Origin: Candidatus Babeliales bacterium
GTDB lineage: Bacteria > Babelota > Babeliae > Babelales > JANWKD01
Assembly: GCA_963722075.1 (NCBI GenBank)
Contig: CAVRJM010000001.1
Location: 1,216,001-1,280,000, forward strand
DNA: 64,000 nucleotides
Reading direction: 5' to 3'
Made by a program: the position numbers and the translations under genes. Positions 59,686 to 64,000 of the stretch are shown one piece after another. The number at the start of each line of letters is the position of its first letter. Position 1 is the first letter of the stretch. The notes beneath the pieces are model-generated. The model saw only the letters and a list, made by a program, of their open reading frames with translations, was not told the DNA's origin and did not search any database.

Positions 59686-60896
59686 TGGTCACCTCGATAT
59701 CTAAGCCTGTTGATTTACAAGTTGATACTATTAAAAAGGGCACCGTTTCTATTATTCAAGAAGATGAGTTGAAAAAAAAGTTAGCCAGTGGTAAAAAATT
59801 AAAAATAAAATTAGGAGCAGATCCTACAGCGCCTGATTTACATTTAGGCCATGCCGTTGTTCTTTCAAAATTAAAAGAGTTTCAAGATTTAGGACATGAA
59901 ATTATTTTTTTAATTGGAGACTTCACGGCACGTATAGGCGATCCTACCGGTAAATCTAAAACGCGTCCCCCGTTAAGTGAAGAACAAATTGCTCTTAATA
60001 CCGTTACCTATTTTGAGCAAGTTGGTAAAATTTTAGATCCTGCCTTAATAAAAATAGTATATAATTCGCATTGGTTAGAAAAATTGACTGCCAAGCAGCT
60101 GGTTGATTTATGTGCAAAAGTAACGGTTGCGCGGTTGATTGAACGCAATGATTTCCAGCAACGCCTGCAAGAAAAACAATCAATTAGTTTTCATGAGTTA
60201 TTATATCCGCTGTTTCAAGGATACGATTCAGTTGAATTGCAATCAGATGTAGAATTGGGTGGTACCGATCAAACATTTAATTTACTATTGGCTCGTGATT
60301 TGCAAATCGAATTTGGTCAACAACCCCAAACAGTGATTACTACGCCCTTGCTCGAAGGGCTAGATGGTGTAGCAAAAATGTCAAAATCGCTGGGCAATTA
60401 TATTGGATTGAGTGAACCAGCAGCACAAGCGTATGGCAAATTAATGTCTATATCAGATAAATTGATGTGGCGCTATTATGAACTATTGTTAGGAAAAGAA
60501 CCGTTAGAAATTAGTGCCATGCAAGAGAAGGTAGCTGCAGCATATCTACACCCGATGGAGCTTAAAAAAGAGATGGCTCGGGAGATCATAGCTAAATTCT
60601 GGTCTGTTGATGAATCGGTACAAGCGCAGCAACAATTTGAAGCTCTTTTTCAGAAAAAAGATTATTCACAAGCAACGCCAGTAAGTTTACCAGTGACAAC
60701 TCCTTCTGAGATATGGATTGTTGAATTATTGAAACTGCTGGATGCCGTAAAAAGCTCTTCAGAAGCGCGCCGGCTTATTGAAGCAGGAGCGGTTAAAATT
60801 AATGATGTAGTTGTTGAAGATAGTAAAGCGACTATAACCTGGCAACCAGGCACCATCATTAAAGTAGGCAAATATCGTATTTATCAAATTAAATAA
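59685..60896 (+). CDS. tyrS: Tyrosine--tRNA ligase
   Basis: GADPTAPDLHLGH, YPLFQGYDS, GGTDQ and KMSKS motifs; C-terminal S4 domain. Confidence 0.97.
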   Translation: MVTSISKPVDLQVDTIKKGTVSIIQEDELKKKLASGKKLKIKLGADPTAPDLHLGHAVVLSKLKEFQDLGHEIIFLIGDFTARIGDPTGKSKTRPPLSEEQIALNTVTYFEQVGKILDPALIKIVYNSHWLEKLTAKQLVDLCAKVTVARLIERNDFQQRLQEKQSISFHELLYPLFQGYDSVELQSDVELGGTDQTFNLLLARDLQIEFGQQPQTVITTPLLEGLDGVAKMSKSLGNYIGLSEPAAQAYGKLMSISDKLMWRYYELLLGKEPLEISAMQEKVAAAYLHPMELKKEMAREIIAKFWSVDESVQAQQQFEALFQKKDYSQATPVSLPVTTPSEIWIVELLKLLDAVKSSSEARRLIEAGAVKINDVVVEDSKATITWQPGTIIKVGKYRIYQIK

Positions 60897-61009
60897 CAGT
60901 ACCTGTTTATAAGAGCAATTAGCTCTTGAATTTAATGTCAATTATGCTATTATTTAATAATGGCAATATCTATTATTCCTATATGTAATTTTTGAAAATG
61001 GAAGGTTTT

Positions 61010-61489
61010 ATGAAAATCAAACAGATCCTTTATATTATTAGTATTATGGTTGGTATCTCATCAGCATGCCATGCTATGGAACAAGATCCCGCGGATAATC
61101 AAACCTTAAATGGTGTTACTAAAGTTGTTAAAGCTTATGTTAAATCAAAAATTAATAAACTGTTTCAGCGCCCCGAATTTAAGCTTGATAAGCCACTCGA
61201 AATTATAAAAACTCCTTTAAAAAGTGGCAGTGTTGAGATTGAAGCGGAAAGTGTTATTGAGCAACTTGATAAAGCGCTTAAGGCACGTGAATTAACATCC
61301 GATTCTATCATTAAATGTTCAGTTATTATCACTAATGAAACTGATGAGCATAAAATTTTAGGAATTTTTAAACGCAAGAAATTTAGTCCTAAAAATTTAA
61401 CATTCGTACGCATGGATTTTAAAGAGTTTAAAGTTGCGCTAGAAGTGCGCGTTTATAATGGTGGTAAGAAACAGAAAGCAAAGCTGTAA
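61010..61489 (+). CDS. Secreted hypothetical protein, weak RidA/YjgF-like C-terminal half
   Basis: Signal plus HAME; EQLDKALKARELTSDSIIKCSVII...VALEV. Confidence 0.55.
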   Translation: MKIKQILYIISIMVGISSACHAMEQDPADNQTLNGVTKVVKAYVKSKINKLFQRPEFKLDKPLEIIKTPLKSGSVEIEAESVIEQLDKALKARELTSDSIIKCSVIITNETDEHKILGIFKRKKFSPKNLTFVRMDFKEFKVALEVRVYNGGKKQKAKL

Positions 61490-61560
61490 GTAAATTTATA
61501 ACTGGATTATGATAAGTTTTTTTAGAGGCATTATAAAATTAACTCAAAGTACTAAAAATA

Positions 61561-61874
61561 CTGGATCACCACGTTGCGCGCAAACCATGTCCGCCGAAGC
61601 TCTTCGAGCGAAGGCTGGATCGTGACGAGTTCATCGAAAAAGCCGTCGTTGCGAGCCTGTCGAAGCAATCCAGGTTATATTAAAATATTAAAATTTTTCA
61701 ACCTATTTATAAGTTACAACGAATTAATTTGTTCCATGAAAAAATATTTATATTGTTTTTATAGATAGAAATATTTTTTTATTATTTAATAATTTACTAA
61801 AACTTTATTTTATATTTCAGATTTGATTTTCATTTATTGAGCCTGGATTGCTTCGGCAAGCTCGCAACGACGAT
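61561..61874. repeat. Composite REP/RPE-like elements
   Basis: CGTCGTTGCGAGCCTGTCGAAGCAATCCAGG (~61644-61675) pairs with CCTGGATTGCTTCGGCAAGCTCGCAACGACG (~61842-61872); nested CCGCCGAAGCT..AGCGAAGGCTGG unit. Confidence 0.78.
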
Positions 61875-61947
61875 TTCTCTATGCATATTTTTTAAGCTAT
61901 GAGTATATATAAAACTCATAAAAAATTTCAAATAAAGCTCGTTTCTA

Positions 61948-62637
61948 TTACAGACGTATATTTCTCATTTTTACAAAACTCTTTGCTTCACACCGCTGCA
62001 TAAAGTTAACCACTGCATCACAATGTTTTTTAAATTGTTGTGGGTTTTCTTCAAATTCATCATTACAATCCAAAACTAAAACAGGAACTTGTTTTACATA
62101 AGAAGCTACCTGCTCTTTTTGTATTAAAAATTGTTCATGACGATAATCAATTTGATGTAAATAATCTAAGGGTAAAGAAGCCTCTGCGGTTCTATTTCTC
62201 TTTTTTATACGTTCATAAGCAACAGCTGGATCAAGTTTTAAATAAATAAAACCGGTCGGTTGAATTGATTGTTTAGTCAAAAAAGTAAACCATTCTTGAT
62301 AAATATGCCATTCAGTTGCTGTTAGGAAACCGCTTTCAAAGCTATTGCGTGCAAAAACATAATGGCCAGAAAAGATGGAGCGTTCAATAAAGAGTGGGTG
62401 TATATGAGTATTTTCTTTTAGATATTCATATACCCGTTGTTTCATGGTAAATGTTTCAAAAGTAAAAGCCCAACGATGCGGGTTTTCATAAAATTGCGCA
62501 AGTAATGATTGGCCGTATTCTTTATGCTGCCAGTTATCTACTGATTCTAGCTTAATAACAATATTATTAATGGCAGTTGCGAGCAGCTTTAGAAAAGTGG
62601 ATTTACCCGCGCCAATTGTCCCTTCAACAATAAACAT
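61948..62637 (-). CDS. Deoxynucleoside kinase
   Basis: VEGTIGAGKSTF, ERSIFS..VFA and RIKKRNR..E motifs. Confidence 0.92.
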   Translation of the reverse strand: MFIVEGTIGAGKSTFLKLLATAINNIVIKLESVDNWQHKEYGQSLLAQFYENPHRWAFTFETFTMKQRVYEYLKENTHIHPLFIERSIFSGHYVFARNSFESGFLTATEWHIYQEWFTFLTKQSIQPTGFIYLKLDPAVAYERIKKRNRTAEASLPLDYLHQIDYRHEQFLIQKEQVASYVKQVPVLVLDCNDEFEENPQQFKKHCDAVVNFMQRCEAKSFVKMRNIRL

Positions 62638-63233
62638 TATTTATCAGTAACATGAATTATGCGTGGTTGCGCTTTAGTGGATTGTGCAGTTGGTTCTTTT
62701 GCTTTATTAAGCGTAATAATAAGCATATCGTCTTTATATTCGACCGTACGTTCTATGAGATCTACCGCAAACGGTAATGTTTGATATTCAACGTGCTTGC
62801 TTGCCATGCTGTTAAACTGTTTGAGTTCTTTAGTATTTGTTTTTTGTTTTTTATTTTGTTTGGTTACCCTTTTAATACTCGTTTTATCAATGATTATTTT
62901 AGTAATGCCGCTTTTTTGGGGGACTATTATTTTGAGACGTCCATTTGAGGTGTACGCTTTTATTAAATCAGCATTTTCAATTTCTGAAACAGCAATGGAG
63001 ATTTCTGCTTTGCTGTCAGCATCTTTTATTTGAATGCCCTTTGTTACCGCAGAAATAGGAGCGTTCATAGATGATGTTGAATGATCAAAAGCACTGTTAA
63101 TCATTTGCAATGCCTCATCAAAAGCAGCGGTTATTTCTTGATGAAAAGAATTTAAAGAATTCTTACGTTTGGTAAAACAGAAGGATGTAGAAGAAATTAA
63201 TAAAAGGAATATGCCTATGTTTAATTTGTTCAT
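62637..63233 (-). CDS. Secreted hypothetical protein, possibly a degenerate Hsp20/alpha-crystallin fold
   Basis: Signal peptide; TLPFAVD...VEYKDDMLIITLNK resembles the Hsp20 C-terminal motif. Confidence 0.55.
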   Translation of the reverse strand: MNKLNIGIFLLLISSTSFCFTKRKNSLNSFHQEITAAFDEALQMINSAFDHSTSSMNAPISAVTKGIQIKDADSKAEISIAVSEIENADLIKAYTSNGRLKIIVPQKSGITKIIIDKTSIKRVTKQNKKQKTNTKELKQFNSMASKHVEYQTLPFAVDLIERTVEYKDDMLIITLNKAKEPTAQSTKAQPRIIHVTDK

Positions 63234-63404
63234 AATGTAACCCCTTTAAAACAGTTAAATACAATGGTCTAATGCTATTTATTATAAAAAACAATAAATG
63301 CTAAATCAATAGGCATAAGGGGGTCCAACAAGCATGTCAAAATTCTTTAATTTTAATGAATCATCATTGAGAAATTAAGATACTATATATGTACAAATAA
63401 TATG

Positions 63405-63482
63405 GGGGATTATGGATGGCCACGTAAGCTCGCCCTGACATTGTGGCTATCGATTGTCATCCTGAGTTTACATGGGGATCTA
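63405..63482. repeat. Degenerate REP/RPE-like element
   Basis: GGATGGCCACGTAAGCTCGCCCTGACA...TGTCATCCTGAG...GGGGATC. Confidence 0.6.
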
Positions 63483-63598
63483 TTAATAAAATTATTCATA
63501 ATTCGAAAGATTTCTTAACATATGCGTTTATAGTTTTCTATAAGAAATGGTATAATAAAAAGAGCTTAAAAATAATAATAAATAAATAGATACCAAAA

Positions 63599-64000
63599 AT
63601 GAAAAAAACCATTACTCAAAATACTGAACTTATTTACGGAATCCATCCTATTCTTGAATTGCTTAAAGCAAAGCGCCGTAAATTGGTTACTTTATATACC
63701 ACAAAACCAATTCCTAAAAATCTTCAAGTAATCGAATCATTGCTTCCTAAAGCAGTTCAGATTCAATATGTTGGTCGCGATGTTTTAACAAAACTGGCAG
63801 GAACCCCTGATCATCAGGGAGTGGTTGCCTATGCAACGCCATTGGTGATCCGTAAAAAATTCTTTGACCCGGCGTTGCAGAAGAAATTATTGCTATTGGA
63901 TGGTATTCAAGATGTTAGAAATGCAGGAGCAATTTTACGCTCTGCATATTGCACAGGCATAGAAGGGGTTATTTTAGTAAAAAAAAATGCAGCGCCATTG
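63599..64000 (+). CDS. rlmB: 23S rRNA (Gm2251) methyltransferase, TrmH/SpoU family (partial, runs off window)
   Basis: MKKTITQNTELIYGIHPILELL...HQGVVA...LLDGIQDVRNAGAILRSA. Confidence 0.9.
   Translation, partial: MKKTITQNTELIYGIHPILELLKAKRRKLVTLYTTKPIPKNLQVIESLLPKAVQIQYVGRDVLTKLAGTPDHQGVVAYATPLVIRKKFFDPALQKKLLLLDGIQDVRNAGAILRSAYCTGIEGVILVKKNAAPL

Overview
AT-rich bacterial chromosomal window. The gene content suggests an intracellular protist parasite, probably Candidatus Dependentiae/Babelota (TM6); this is inferred from gene style, not from a marker search. Housekeeping genes are photolyase (partial), tmRNA, pgi-zwf-gnd plus a cyclase-family hydrolase, SOD, murI, two ndk, rpsA, an ATM1-type ABC transporter, valS, tyrS, a deoxynucleoside kinase and rlmB (partial). 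They are interleaved with many signal-peptide-bearing orphan or eukaryote-like proteins (ankyrin, WD40, F-box-like, BC-box-like, C2H2 zinc finger, macrodomain). The window also holds three IS4-superfamily elements, a family of palindromic repeats, two tandem ~1.2-kaa CC-repeat/beta-helix/WD40 paralogs and a 3738-aa phage-fibre-like adhesin ending in a C1q domain. The strongest candidate for a new system is a RiPP-like cassette at 51968-53797. It has two secreted peptides with a near-identical leader and CxxC-repeat cores flanking an exported GRDP/DUF1399-like His-rich protein, plus a third related Cys peptide missed by the ORF track. Other highlights are ankyrin proteins with acidic W-x-x-I (LIR-like) tails, a degenerate second 5' half of tmRNA, a Met directly after the predicted signal cleavage site in about 10 secreted orphans, and A8-tract frameshifts in gnd and valS.
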